DNA from: a virus | Direction: 5' to 3' (one strand) | Virus record (IMG/VR): IMGVR_UViG_3300028393_001967 | DNA: 64,000 nucleotides | In this document: positions 18,121 through 27,361 of the stretch, piece by piece | How positions within the stretch are numbered: position 1 is the stretch's first letter | Layout of the letters: each line of letters starts with the position of its first letter | The notes under the pieces: generated by a model | The model's database searches: none | Seen by the model: the letters and a program-made list of their open reading frames with translations, nothing else | What the model was told of the DNA's origin: nothing | Program-made: the position numbers and the translations under genes

Positions 18121-18486
18121 ATGAATCCGTTTAGAGATCAAGAAAAGTTTATGCGGGCTTGCGACCAAACAGTAGACGGTCCTCCAGGATCGCAGTTTGA
18201 TATGTACTGTGCTCTTATTGAAGAAGAACATAAAGAACTGAAGCAAGCATTGGCAGACAACGATGATATTGAAGTATTAGACGCACTCATCGACATTTTG
18301 GTTGTTACTATTGGAGCAATACATAGTGCAGGCTTTGATGCTGAAGGTGCTTGGAAAGAAGTAATGCGTACTAACTTTGACAAGATTGATAAAGAAACTG
18401 GCAAAGTTCGTAAACGGGAAGATGGGAAGGTTTTGAAACCTCTTGGTTGGCAACCGCCTGAACTATCGCAATTCCTTAAAAAGTAA
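18121..18486 (+). CDS. MazG-like/PRA-PH NTP pyrophosphohydrolase
   Basis: LIEEEHKEL, DALIDIL, KREDGKVLKP. Confidence 0.85.
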   Translation: MNPFRDQEKFMRACDQTVDGPPGSQFDMYCALIEEEHKELKQALADNDDIEVLDALIDILVVTIGAIHSAGFDAEGAWKEVMRTNFDKIDKETGKVRKREDGKVLKPLGWQPPELSQFLKK

Positions 18487-18534
18487 TTGACACACAATCC
18501 TGTTTAGCGTACAATTAAATACATAAACAGGATT
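18487..18534 (+). promoter_or_regulatory. sigma70 promoter straddled by 11-bp inverted repeat
   Basis: TTGACA-N17-TACAAT; AATCCTGTTTA (18496) / TAAACAGGATT (18524). Confidence 0.7.
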
Positions 18535-18542
18535 TTTACATT

Positions 18543-19388
18543 ATGGCACATCATTCAAATTATTGGAGTTGTACTCCCTTTGCAGACTGGGTACGCGGCA
18601 CTAAAAAACTCAGTATGGGTACCAGCGAGCAGTGGGACGAGTGGACTACCACTGCCCAAATGAAACATAACTTCCGCTACTGGTTGGCCGAAGAAGGGCT
18701 TAGCCATTTGCAAGACTTTGTAACGTGGCCTGTTAGAAAGATTTACGATGCAAAATATTACATTAACAACCGTTGGGTTAGCCGTACTCATAGTCTTACC
18801 GCTCATCCCCGGGATATTAAACCTGGCCAGTGGCAAGACGTGGGGAACCGCTTTTTGCCTTGCTTATTCAATGAGTTGGTTGATTTTATTGAAATAGAAT
18901 CAGCGTGGAGTCATATTGCCTGGGGCAGCAAAGAAGACCGTGCCAAATACAACCCTCCCTTCTGGGCAACGGGTTGGTGGCGTTGGCGCACTTGGCGTTG
19001 TCCACAAGCAGGATTAGATCATCTTGACTGGGCAATGACACTTACACTTGGCAACGATATGGGTGTAGAAGAAGGTGACAAAAACTACGGACGCCCAACT
19101 GGTCAAGCATTACGTGCCAAAGAACTTAAAGAACTATATGTATGGTGGACTGAAACTTACCGCAATCGCCCAGACCCATACGATGCTAGTGGTTGGACTG
19201 CCTACTGTGAGCTTAGCCGCTTGGCAAATGGTGGCAAATTAAATTTTAGTGGCGATAAGAGTCCTGCACTTAAAAAGGCCGGAACACAGGCACATAAGGA
19301 ACTAAGAAAGATTGAAGCGGCTTACGAAAAAGAAGATGAGCAAATGATGATTCGTTTGATTAAAGTGCGCGATGCACTATGGACTTAA
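18543..19388 (+). CDS. Hypothetical Trp-rich protein
   Basis: Long ORF; all Trp as TGG. Confidence 0.8.
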   Translation: MAHHSNYWSCTPFADWVRGTKKLSMGTSEQWDEWTTTAQMKHNFRYWLAEEGLSHLQDFVTWPVRKIYDAKYYINNRWVSRTHSLTAHPRDIKPGQWQDVGNRFLPCLFNELVDFIEIESAWSHIAWGSKEDRAKYNPPFWATGWWRWRTWRCPQAGLDHLDWAMTLTLGNDMGVEEGDKNYGRPTGQALRAKELKELYVWWTETYRNRPDPYDASGWTAYCELSRLANGGKLNFSGDKSPALKKAGTQAHKELRKIEAAYEKEDEQMMIRLIKVRDALWT

Positions 19389-19401
19389 TTGAAAGAAGTA
19401 A

Positions 19402-19641
19402 ATGACTGAAGAAAAGAAACTTAAATTAGAATTTGCACCCGGCTGCTTTGATGATTTTGATGGCACCCAGGAAGAACTTGATGAACTAATGGAAGAGATT
19501 ACTCGTATGGTCGCATCTGGCGAAATTTTAAATCAATCACGATCAGTTGACATCGATGATTTGATTGAAGAAGATCCAGAACTTGCTCAAAAGATAATGA
19601 AATCTTTCTCCAATATTGAAACACCGAGAAATTTACAATGA
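19402..19641 (+). CDS. Hypothetical acidic protein
   Basis: FAPGCFDDFDGTQEELD. Confidence 0.7.
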   Translation: MTEEKKLKLEFAPGCFDDFDGTQEELDELMEEITRMVASGEILNQSRSVDIDDLIEEDPELAQKIMKSFSNIETPRNLQ

Positions 19642-19787
19642 CTTTTAGATCTTGGTGCCAGTCTAAATGGTATGAGCATATTGATGAGTTAGAAAGTTAT
19701 GGGCAAAAGTTAACCTATGACTCTATCGAATATTTTCAAAAATACAAATGGTGGTTAAAGCGTGAGTACCGATTCCAAAATAAATAG
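19638..19787 (+). CDS. Hypothetical 49-aa protein (not in ORF track)
   Basis: ATGA overlap; hand translation MTFRSWCQSKWYEH... Confidence 0.6.
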   Translation: MTFRSWCQSKWYEHIDELESYGQKLTYDSIEYFQKYKWWLKREYRFQNK

Positions 19788-20334
19788 CAGTCCCGAGCGT
19801 CATACTTTTCAAATGGAGGGGTATGTAAAACGTTGTGAGGAAGCAGGAAAATTACCCAATCCCGACTATGTTAATATGTATAAAACTTGGCGTGAACAGG
19901 ATGAAGAAAATCTTGTAGATCCTAAATGGCAAAAAGATAATATGGAGTATGATCTCCGTAGTACCAAATGGATTTGTGATAAGGCAAAAGAATCAGAATC
20001 TTATGCCCAAAACTTATATGCGGCAATGTGCAATATGCAGTTTATCAAATTGGATACAATGCCAATTCTAAAGAACCAACGCTGGAGTTGCAGTTGGCGT
20101 CGCAGTGGCGGTATTGTTGCCGATATGCGTGAATGTGGTGACTACATTAATTGGTACTGTAGCGGCATTCGAGGTGAAAACCTCACTCCAGAAGAACTGG
20201 CGGCATTTACTCCTGAACAACTTGCCCACCAAGAATTGGTAAACAAGTTTGTGGGCGAAGGTTTTGTTACTGACGAAATCCGGGAAGATTTGAAAAAACT
20301 AGGCTGGATTGCAGTGGAGTGGGACGAAGAATAA
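19762..20334 (+). CDS. Hypothetical protein
   Basis: YAQNLYAAMCN, WSCSWR..GG, DYINWYCSG. Confidence 0.75.
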   Translation: MSTDSKINSSPERHTFQMEGYVKRCEEAGKLPNPDYVNMYKTWREQDEENLVDPKWQKDNMEYDLRSTKWICDKAKESESYAQNLYAAMCNMQFIKLDTMPILKNQRWSCSWRRSGGIVADMRECGDYINWYCSGIRGENLTPEELAAFTPEQLAHQELVNKFVGEGFVTDEIREDLKKLGWIAVEWDEE

Positions 20335-20512
20335 TGCCCTACGGGGCATTTATAGCCCCTACAGCAGGCGTAATTTAGTTAAAGCACCACATAACTACAA
20401 TATCTGCTGTAGGGGCTTATAGGGGCTAGAAGTTATCCACAGGTTATCCACACCAATTTTTGATAGAAATATCAAAACTTCACTTGACTTTCCTTTAGTC
20501 AGACATTATAAT
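20333..20512 (+). promoter_or_regulatory. Palindrome-rich intergenic region with two tandem DnaA boxes and a sigma70 promoter
   Basis: TTATCCACA at 20433 and 20444; IR AGCCCCTACAGCAG/CTGCTGTAGGGGCT; hairpin AATGCCC-TACG-GGGCATT; TTGACT-N17-TATAAT at 20484. Confidence 0.7.
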
Positions 20513-20541
20513 AACTACATTGCACAAATTAGGAGTTTTCC

Positions 20542-21753
20542 ATGGCAGTTGTAGCAGGCATTAAGATTAAGCCCAAAGCAAAGAAAGAAAAGATTACAAG
20601 TGTTAGCATTCGCGAAAATGCTAAACGTGATTACAGTCCCAAATGGGATGGTGCTGTTGATATGAGCCCAACTGAATTTGCTGCTCACTTTCGTGAAGCA
20701 ATGAAGTATTACAGATTGGAAAGTTCCGCAAAGGACCTTAAACCTAAGGTCATTGACTGGATGGGCCGTAATGATTACAGCCGCGAACAAATCCAAGAAT
20801 TTAAGAAAACTAAAGACTGGCGTTGTAATTTGACAATGGGTGCTATTGCTGCCTGTTTGCTCAAAGGTATGCCCACTGTTAAGCAAGGTTGGAACAACAA
20901 TGCTGATTCTGCAGATTGGCTTAAAGGTGAAATTGCAAAGGCTGTAGAACAAGGCAAATACGATATTGAAGAAGTGGTAGTGGACAAAACTGTTAAGGCA
21001 GTTGTTCCAACTGTTACTATCCAAGACCGCATCCGTGATCAAGCAGTTACTATGAGCGACGAACTTGATGCGGCAATTGACAGTTGGATTACAGATCCCG
21101 AAGCATTTGATCCTAAAGATATCAAAATTGTTAGCCTTTTGCGTGGCAAGGGTGCCAAGGCTGCACAGGCTCGCTATATCAAGAGTTTCTTTGCTCGTGG
21201 TTTGTCGGAGTTGCAGGAACTGGCTAGTGGCAATGCTGACGATCAATTGCGTGAAGGCTACAAGCACGTCAGTCGTAAGAACGTTAAAAAATTGATTGAG
21301 TTTTACGAAAGCATTGCACAGGCTTGCGAGCAGATTGCCGCAGAAGCCAAAGTGATGAAGAAGCCACGTGCTAAGAAGATTGTGCCAGCAGACAAGTTGG
21401 TTGCTAAGGTCAAGTTTAAAACAGTTGACGACAAGTTGGGCATTGTTAGCGTCCCAGTAGTGGGTTTGATTGGTGCTCAAAGTGCAGTAGTGTTCAATAC
21501 TAAGACTCGTAAGTTAGGCATTTATGTTGCTAAAACTAGCGCAGGATTGAGTGTTAAGGGTACTACCATTACAGAGTTTACCGAAAAGAGTATGCAAAAG
21601 ACTTTGCGTAAGCCTGCTGAACAGATTAAAGAGTTCAAAGAGCAGAACACTCAACGCAGAGTTGACACTTGGTTTGGTAAGATCAAAGCAATGGAAACTG
21701 TTATGAATGGTCGTATGTCTGAAGACATTGTACTGTTGAAGGTGTACAAATGA
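20542..21753 (+). CDS. Hypothetical basic phage protein
   Basis: AGGAG RBS, 403 aa, strongly biased codons. Confidence 0.85.
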   Translation: MAVVAGIKIKPKAKKEKITSVSIRENAKRDYSPKWDGAVDMSPTEFAAHFREAMKYYRLESSAKDLKPKVIDWMGRNDYSREQIQEFKKTKDWRCNLTMGAIAACLLKGMPTVKQGWNNNADSADWLKGEIAKAVEQGKYDIEEVVVDKTVKAVVPTVTIQDRIRDQAVTMSDELDAAIDSWITDPEAFDPKDIKIVSLLRGKGAKAAQARYIKSFFARGLSELQELASGNADDQLREGYKHVSRKNVKKLIEFYESIAQACEQIAAEAKVMKKPRAKKIVPADKLVAKVKFKTVDDKLGIVSVPVVGLIGAQSAVVFNTKTRKLGIYVAKTSAGLSVKGTTITEFTEKSMQKTLRKPAEQIKEFKEQNTQRRVDTWFGKIKAMETVMNGRMSEDIVLLKVYK

Positions 21754-22001
21754 ACGACAAGTTCGATAGTCAACTATACAGTGCTGGCCTAACGGCCAGT
21801 GGCTGTTGGGACAAAATGGACAAGTATGATCAAGAAGCAATTATTAAATTTGGCGACATCATTATTCAACAGTGCATTGAACTAATTGAACAATCCAGTA
21901 AACATTGTTCAATTACAACTTTTGATAAGAGTGTGGTTGACTGCACCAAGGAATCTGCTGTACAATTAATTAAACAACATTTTTACCCTGAAGGAAAATA
22001 A
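21750..22001 (+). CDS. Hypothetical protein, distant MNERI family member
   Basis: KFGDIIIQQC...IKQHF. Confidence 0.7.
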   Translation: MNDKFDSQLYSAGLTASGCWDKMDKYDQEAIIKFGDIIIQQCIELIEQSSKHCSITTFDKSVVDCTKESAVQLIKQHFYPEGK

Positions 22002-22002
22002 A

Positions 22003-22560
22003 ATGCTCACAATGAAAGAATGGATGGAATTGGTAGACTATAAAATCACTGAAGGTAGTGTTTATGGTTGGACTTGCTACGGCCCAAATGCTTATATTCT
22101 AAGCAGTTGGAATGGTGTTCACGGCGCAGGTGGATACAGTTTTGATATTATTTTCAGCACAAAGACCCAAAAGGTATATGAAGTGTGCGTACACGACTAT
22201 ACCAATGATCGTGCATATCGTATGATTGCGGAAACCAAGCGTGAAAAGCATCGTAAGGAAGCTGAACATAAAAGTGTTCTAGCCAATCAAGCGTGGGACG
22301 ATGTTGACTATGTGGATTTGGAAGTTGTAGAAGACTTTATTGAAAAGGCGCAAGCCATTATGGCAGGTGAGGACTATGACACTTGTATTAGTGTGCCTTT
22401 GGATCTCCCTAATGATCTATTGTTGGAGGCAGCATTGAACGCACACCGCCAAAATATTACTCTTAACGAGTACATCAATAACGCATTGCGCGAAATGTTG
22501 GTAGAATTTGAGCGTGATCCAGAAGGTGTCAAGGCTCGTTTATTGAAAGATGCAGAATGA
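22003..22560 (+). CDS. Hypothetical protein with C-terminal ribbon-helix-helix-like tail
   Basis: VPLDLP..L..AAL.AH...ITLNEYIN.AL (HicB-like tail). Confidence 0.65.
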   Translation: MLTMKEWMELVDYKITEGSVYGWTCYGPNAYILSSWNGVHGAGGYSFDIIFSTKTQKVYEVCVHDYTNDRAYRMIAETKREKHRKEAEHKSVLANQAWDDVDYVDLEVVEDFIEKAQAIMAGEDYDTCISVPLDLPNDLLLEAALNAHRQNITLNEYINNALREMLVEFERDPEGVKARLLKDAE

Positions 22561-22982
22561 AAATTGGACTTAGTTACAGCCGTTGTATCCGTGACATTGT
22601 TGAAGGTCGAGTGGATATGCAAGATGTATTGGTTGTTATTGCCCGTACAAACTTTGATCCTAACAATGACGAACAGTGGAGTGGGATCTGGGCGGGATAT
22701 TGCCAAGGTGGGATGAGTGCGGCCGAATGGAGAGATTACGATTTTTACAATCCTGAAGATGAAGCAAAGTTTCGACAAGTTAGTATTGACTTGTGGGAAC
22801 AAGGCAAGTTTCATCAGCCCCGCAAGTTTGGAGCACATCCGTTACGCCGAAGTGAGTATTGGTTGGAGACCTGCTTGCCCGACAGTGAGTTGGAACATAA
22901 TCCAGCCGCAAAGATTGCTTGGGATAATTTCCAAGTAGTTGCTGGGTTGTCTAATATTAAGATGGATAAGGAATATCAATAA
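22557..22982 (+). CDS. Hypothetical protein
   Basis: ATGA overlap. Confidence 0.75.
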   Translation: MKIGLSYSRCIRDIVEGRVDMQDVLVVIARTNFDPNNDEQWSGIWAGYCQGGMSAAEWRDYDFYNPEDEAKFRQVSIDLWEQGKFHQPRKFGAHPLRRSEYWLETCLPDSELEHNPAAKIAWDNFQVVAGLSNIKMDKEYQ

Positions 22983-23221
22983 TGTTTGATTGGTTTAAAA
23001 AGCCTGACTACAGTAACGTGGTTAAGTTTCCGGCGCCAGTGCCATATATTGAACCTGCCAAAGAAGAGCATACACCAGATTCCATTTACAGTATTGGTAT
23101 GACTGCTGAATGTACACATATGACTTTGAAAATGGGATATAGTACACTTACTATGACCAAATCAGGCTGTCAAAATCTTATCGATCAACTTGAAGTATTT
23201 AAAAATCAACTAACAGATTAA
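22982..23221 (+). CDS. Hypothetical protein
   Basis: TAATG coupling. Confidence 0.7.
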   Translation: MFDWFKKPDYSNVVKFPAPVPYIEPAKEEHTPDSIYSIGMTAECTHMTLKMGYSTLTMTKSGCQNLIDQLEVFKNQLTD

Positions 23222-23234
23222 CAAAGGAAAAATA

Positions 23235-23858
23235 ATGTATAATAACCTAATCCCAATGGTGGTCGAGAAGACCGGTCAAGGCGAACGTGCTTTTGATATT
23301 TTTAGTCGCTTGCTTAATGAGCGCATTGTTTTCCTAAATGGTCCAGTTGATGATCATAGTGCTAACATTGTAGTTGCACAATTGCTACATTTGGAAAGTG
23401 CCGACAGCGAAAAGGACATTCACTTGTACATTAACAGCCCCGGTGGATTAGTTACTGCTGGACTTAGCGTTTATGATGTAATGCAATTTGTTAAACCGGA
23501 TGTATGTACTTATGTTATGGGACAGGCCGCTAGTATGGGCTCGTTCCTTGCCAATGCAGGTGCTGCCGGTAAACGATTTGTATTGCCTGAATCACGCACA
23601 ATGGTACATCGTGTTAGTTCAGGTACACGTGGTACAAGTGGCAGTGTACACGTTCAAGAACTGCAATTTGAAGATGCCAAACGTAGTTTTGAAGAAAGTC
23701 AACGTATTAACAAACGCTTAACTGAACTATATGTCAAACACAATACTGCTGGCAAAACTTATGAAGAAATGTTTTCTACTATGAAGTTTGATACATTCTT
23801 GAGTGCTGAAGAAGCAGTTGCATACGGGTTGGCCGATAAGGTTGTTCAAAGCCGTTAA
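23235..23858 (+). CDS. clpP: ATP-dependent Clp protease proteolytic subunit
   Basis: [34 protein letters not shown] (Ser), MVH (His), DTFLSAEEA (Asp). Confidence 0.95.
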   Translation: MYNNLIPMVVEKTGQGERAFDIFSRLLNERIVFLNGPVDDHSANIVVAQLLHLESADSEKDIHLYINSPGGLVTAGLSVYDVMQFVKPDVCTYVMGQAASMGSFLANAGAAGKRFVLPESRTMVHRVSSGTRGTSGSVHVQELQFEDAKRSFEESQRINKRLTELYVKHNTAGKTYEEMFSTMKFDTFLSAEEAVAYGLADKVVQSR

Positions 23859-23917
23859 CCAATAACTAAACTTGATCCTAAAGTACAGTAAATAATTATG
23901 TACTTTAGGAAATAACT

Positions 23918-24100
23918 ATGTCAATACAGGAATATTATTTAATACTAACATTACTATTCCTGGGAGGATTTGTAGGCTGGGTTTTATTCATATATACACT
24001 GATAAAAGTAATTTCCAGTCATCGAATAGAAATAACAATGATAGAAGAAATTTCCGTAGAACTCAAAAAAGTTAAAGACGAATTACAGACACTTAAATAG
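23918..24100 (+). CDS. Small membrane protein
   Basis: TM helix, AGGA RBS. Confidence 0.55.
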   Translation: MSIQEYYLILTLLFLGGFVGWVLFIYTLIKVISSHRIEITMIEEISVELKKVKDELQTLK

Positions 24101-24105
24101 TGTTA

Positions 24106-24170
24106 ACCGGCCTTCGGCGTTCATCCCGGTATACAAACTCTGCCGCCTATGCTATAATTATACATAGGAG
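24106..24170 (+). ncRNA. Candidate preQ1-I-like riboswitch/pseudoknot leader of queD
   Basis: P1 ACCGG/CCGGT, loop CGGC pairing with GCCG after A-rich ATACAAA linker; next hairpin CCTATG/CATAGG covers the RBS. Confidence 0.45.
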
Positions 24171-24176
24171 AACATA

Positions 24177-24659
24177 ATGGCAAAGAAATATTTCAGTACA
24201 AAAACATACAAGCAAATCGGCCCCGTTGCATATCGTCAATGGCGTGCCCAAAGTCACTGTAATCTAATTCACGGTTACGCAATGAGTTTCCACTTTGAAT
24301 TTGAGTGTGATACACTTGATGCTAGAAACTGGTGTACAGACTTTGGCGGGTTGAAACCACTTAAGGCAAATCTTGAAGAGTGGTTTGATCATACTTTGTT
24401 GGTCGCACAAGATGATCCAATGCGTGAACACTTGTTGGAACTTGGTCGTTTGAAACTTGCTAAAATTACAGAAGTTGAAAAGACTGGCTGCGAAGGACTT
24501 GCTGACTTCTTGTATGAATATGTAAACACAATCTTTTTACCCAACTGTGGTAGTGAAGAAGCCCAACGTGTTTGGTGCTGTAAAGTAGAAGTTCGTGAAA
24601 CTGATAGCAATATGGCCGGTCGTCAAGGACACCGCGAGGACAATGAATTTCAGGATTGA
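24177..24659 (+). CDS. queD: 6-carboxy-5,6,7,8-tetrahydropterin synthase (QueD/PTPS)
   Basis: HCNLIHGY, DFGGLK, FDHT, EVRET. Confidence 0.85.
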   Translation: MAKKYFSTKTYKQIGPVAYRQWRAQSHCNLIHGYAMSFHFEFECDTLDARNWCTDFGGLKPLKANLEEWFDHTLLVAQDDPMREHLLELGRLKLAKITEVEKTGCEGLADFLYEYVNTIFLPNCGSEEAQRVWCCKVEVRETDSNMAGRQGHREDNEFQD

Positions 24660-24662
24660 TCT

Positions 24663-24809
24663 ATGTTAGATAAAGAATGGTTAGAAAAAGTAACATTGGC
24701 ATATAAAGTTTATGGTACAGAAGTGGGGCCAAAATTAGACATTGAAAATTTTATTGCTTGGTTGTATCGCCAATACGGAATAGAAGAAAATAAAAAGGAT
24801 AACAAATGA
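24663..24809 (+). CDS. Hypothetical 48-aa protein (not in ORF track)
   Basis: Fills gap, ATGA overlap downstream. Confidence 0.55.
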   Translation: MLDKEWLEKVTLAYKVYGTEVGPKLDIENFIAWLYRQYGIEENKKDNK

Positions 24810-25294
24810 AAATTGGTTTTAACTGTAGCAGTTTTGATTTATTACACGCAGGGCACGTTACTATGCTCAAAATGGAAAAACAACTTTGTGACTATTTGAT
24901 AGTTGCATTACAAATTGATCCAACTATTGATCGACCTGGTGTTAAAAATAAACCAGTACAAAGTTCATATGAACGTTATGTACAATTGCAAGCCTGTAAG
25001 TATGTAGATGAAATTTTAGTTTATGAAACTGAATTTGATCTACTACAACTATTGCAAACACAAACTATTCACATTCGTTTTTTAAGTGATGAATATTTGA
25101 ATAGAGACTTTACCGGCAAGCAATGGTGTATGAACAATGGTATTGAATTACATTATCACAAGCGCGATCACATTTATGGTTCTAGCGAACTTCGTGAAAG
25201 AACAGCAAGACTTGAAAATGCTAAAAAAATAGGCAGCAATAAAGAAGCCGACTTACCACAACACTCACCTGAACTTATAAAGGCACCAGAATGA
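24806..25294 (+). CDS. Cytidylyltransferase (TagD-like)
   Basis: SFDLLHAGH, YVDEI, SSELRER. Confidence 0.9.
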   Translation: MKIGFNCSSFDLLHAGHVTMLKMEKQLCDYLIVALQIDPTIDRPGVKNKPVQSSYERYVQLQACKYVDEILVYETEFDLLQLLQTQTIHIRFLSDEYLNRDFTGKQWCMNNGIELHYHKRDHIYGSSELRERTARLENAKKIGSNKEADLPQHSPELIKAPE

Positions 25295-26070
25295 TTACTC
25301 TTATTGGACACGGTTATGTAGCCAATCACATTTCCCACGAACTTTTCAATCAACGACGATCGTATAATTGGATTAGTCACACGGACGCACTTCCTGAAGA
25401 TACAACTGTCATTATCAATGCTGCTGGATATACTGGCGCACCTAATGTTGATGCTTGTGAAATTTACAAACAAGACACAATTAGTGGCAATGTGATTTGG
25501 CCAGTACAACTTGAATTGGCAAATCCTAATATTCCTATTGTGCATATCAGCAGTGGGTGTGTTTATACAGGGTATGATAAACATTTTACTGAACTAGACG
25601 AGCCTAACTTCAATTTTGATAATGGAAGTTTTTATAGCGGATCAAAATCACTTGGTCAGAAAATGCTTGAGCCATTTATGCACAAGAGTTATTTGTTGCG
25701 TATTCGTATGCCATTTGGTGATTACGAACATCCTAAAAACTTCTTGACCAAAATGAAGAAGTACAACAAATTGATCAGTTACGATAACAGTTTGAGTTAT
25801 ATGCCGGATGTTGCTGCCGTTGCAGTAAAGATGGCAGTTGATCAAACTATACCTACAGGAATTTACAATGTATGTAATCCTGGATTTAGTAATGCTCAAG
25901 AAATTGTCAGTATGATGGGCATTGAAAAAGAATTCTTCACTGAAGATGAATTTGTTAATGCAGTTGTTGCTCCGCGAAGTAACTGTATTTTATCAACGGA
26001 TAAATTACAGGCGGTGTTTCCAATTCGTCCAATTGCAGATGCTTTGAAAGAAGCAATCAGCAAACTATGA
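25291..26070 (+). CDS. RmlD-like NDP-sugar reductase/epimerase
   Basis: [32 protein letters not shown]. Confidence 0.85.
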   Translation: MITLIGHGYVANHISHELFNQRRSYNWISHTDALPEDTTVIINAAGYTGAPNVDACEIYKQDTISGNVIWPVQLELANPNIPIVHISSGCVYTGYDKHFTELDEPNFNFDNGSFYSGSKSLGQKMLEPFMHKSYLLRIRMPFGDYEHPKNFLTKMKKYNKLISYDNSLSYMPDVAAVAVKMAVDQTIPTGIYNVCNPGFSNAQEIVSMMGIEKEFFTEDEFVNAVVAPRSNCILSTDKLQAVFPIRPIADALKEAISKL

Positions 26071-26993
26071 AAAAAATCCTAGTAACTGGTGGTGCTGGAT
26101 TTCTTGGTAGCCACCTGTGTGATAGATTAGTTGCACAAGGTCATCACGTTCTTTGTGTGGACAATTATTTTACAGGCAGCAAAAAAAATATCGAACATTT
26201 ACTTGACTGCAAAAATTTTGAAATTATTCGTCAAGATATTTGTATCCCACTATATGTTGAAGTAGATGAAATTTACAATTTAGCCTGTCCCGCAAGTCCA
26301 CAACATTATCAGCACGATCCAATACAGACAATGAAGACTAGTGTCATCGGTGCGTTCAATATGTTGGGTCTGGCCAAACGAACTGGTGCTAGGATTTTAC
26401 AGGCCAGTACCAGCGAATGTTACGGCGATCCTACTGTACATCCGCAACCAGAAGAATATTGGGGCAATGTAAATCCAATCGGCATTCGTAGTTGCTACGA
26501 TGAAGGCAAACGTGCTGCTGAAACCCTGTTTATGGATTACCATCGTAAACACAATGTTGATGTAAAGATTATGCGTATCTTCAATACCTACGGTCCAAGA
26601 ATGGCCATAGGCGATGGACGAGTAGTTAGTAATTTTATCGTTCAAGCCCTACGCGGGGAAGATATCACAATTTACGGCGATGGTGGTCAAACTCGTAGTT
26701 TTTGTTATTTTGAAGATAATTTGGATGGTATGATGTCACTTATGGCCAGTAATGAACACGGTCCAATTAATATTGGCAATCCTGGAGAATTTACTATCAA
26801 AGAACTGGCCGAAACTGTTATTGAGATGACTAATAGTGCCAGTAAAATCATTTACTTGCCACTACCACAAGATGATCCAAAACAACGGAAACCTGATATT
26901 ACCAAGGCTAAGATGATATTGAATTGGGAACCATCAGTGATATTGGCAAATGGTCTAGTTGATACGATTGACTATTTCCGTAAAATAGTGTAA
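26067..26993 (+). CDS. UDP-glucuronate decarboxylase (UDP-xylose synthase)
   Basis: [41 protein letters not shown]. Confidence 0.93.
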   Translation: MKKILVTGGAGFLGSHLCDRLVAQGHHVLCVDNYFTGSKKNIEHLLDCKNFEIIRQDICIPLYVEVDEIYNLACPASPQHYQHDPIQTMKTSVIGAFNMLGLAKRTGARILQASTSECYGDPTVHPQPEEYWGNVNPIGIRSCYDEGKRAAETLFMDYHRKHNVDVKIMRIFNTYGPRMAIGDGRVVSNFIVQALRGEDITIYGDGGQTRSFCYFEDNLDGMMSLMASNEHGPINIGNPGEFTIKELAETVIEMTNSASKIIYLPLPQDDPKQRKPDITKAKMILNWEPSVILANGLVDTIDYFRKIV

Positions 26994-27017
26994 AATAGTG
27001 TTTTACAAGGAGTTATT

Positions 27018-27194
27018 ATGAGCGAATTTCGTAATTGGTATGTTCGAAATCAAGATGCAATTACTTGGTTTATTATTGGTTGGTTGTCTCTATCGTGTAT
27101 TGACAACTTAACTAATGGAAGTTATTTTTGGGCTACATTTGATGCAGTCATTGTTTTCATTAATTTAAAACTTAACGACATTCGACTACAATGA
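27018..27194 (+). CDS. Small membrane protein (not in ORF track)
   Basis: AAGGAG RBS; promoter TTGACT-N17-TAAAAT at 26968. Confidence 0.65.
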   Translation: MSEFRNWYVRNQDAITWFIIGWLSLSCIDNLTNGSYFWATFDAVIVFINLKLNDIRLQ

Positions 27195-27361
27195 CCCAAT
27201 GGACGGTAACTGTTGAAGAGGCAGATGATGGCAGCGGTGATCTAGTACTGCCATTACCTCAAGAACTATTAGATCAAGTTGGTTGGAAAGAAGCCGATAC
27301 ATTGGAATGGGTTGACAACAAAGACGGTTCATGGTCTATTCAGAAAGTTATTAATGATTAA
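27191..27361 (+). CDS. AbrB/MazE-like small protein (not in ORF track)
   Basis: GDLVLPLPQELLDQVGWKEADTLEW. Confidence 0.65.
   Translation: MTQWTVTVEEADDGSGDLVLPLPQELLDQVGWKEADTLEWVDNKDGSWSIQKVIND

Noticed and set aside
20515-21480. 321-aa minus-strand ORF and similar antisense ORFs elsewhere
   Set aside because: Shadows of codon-biased + strand genes; no RBS or motifs.
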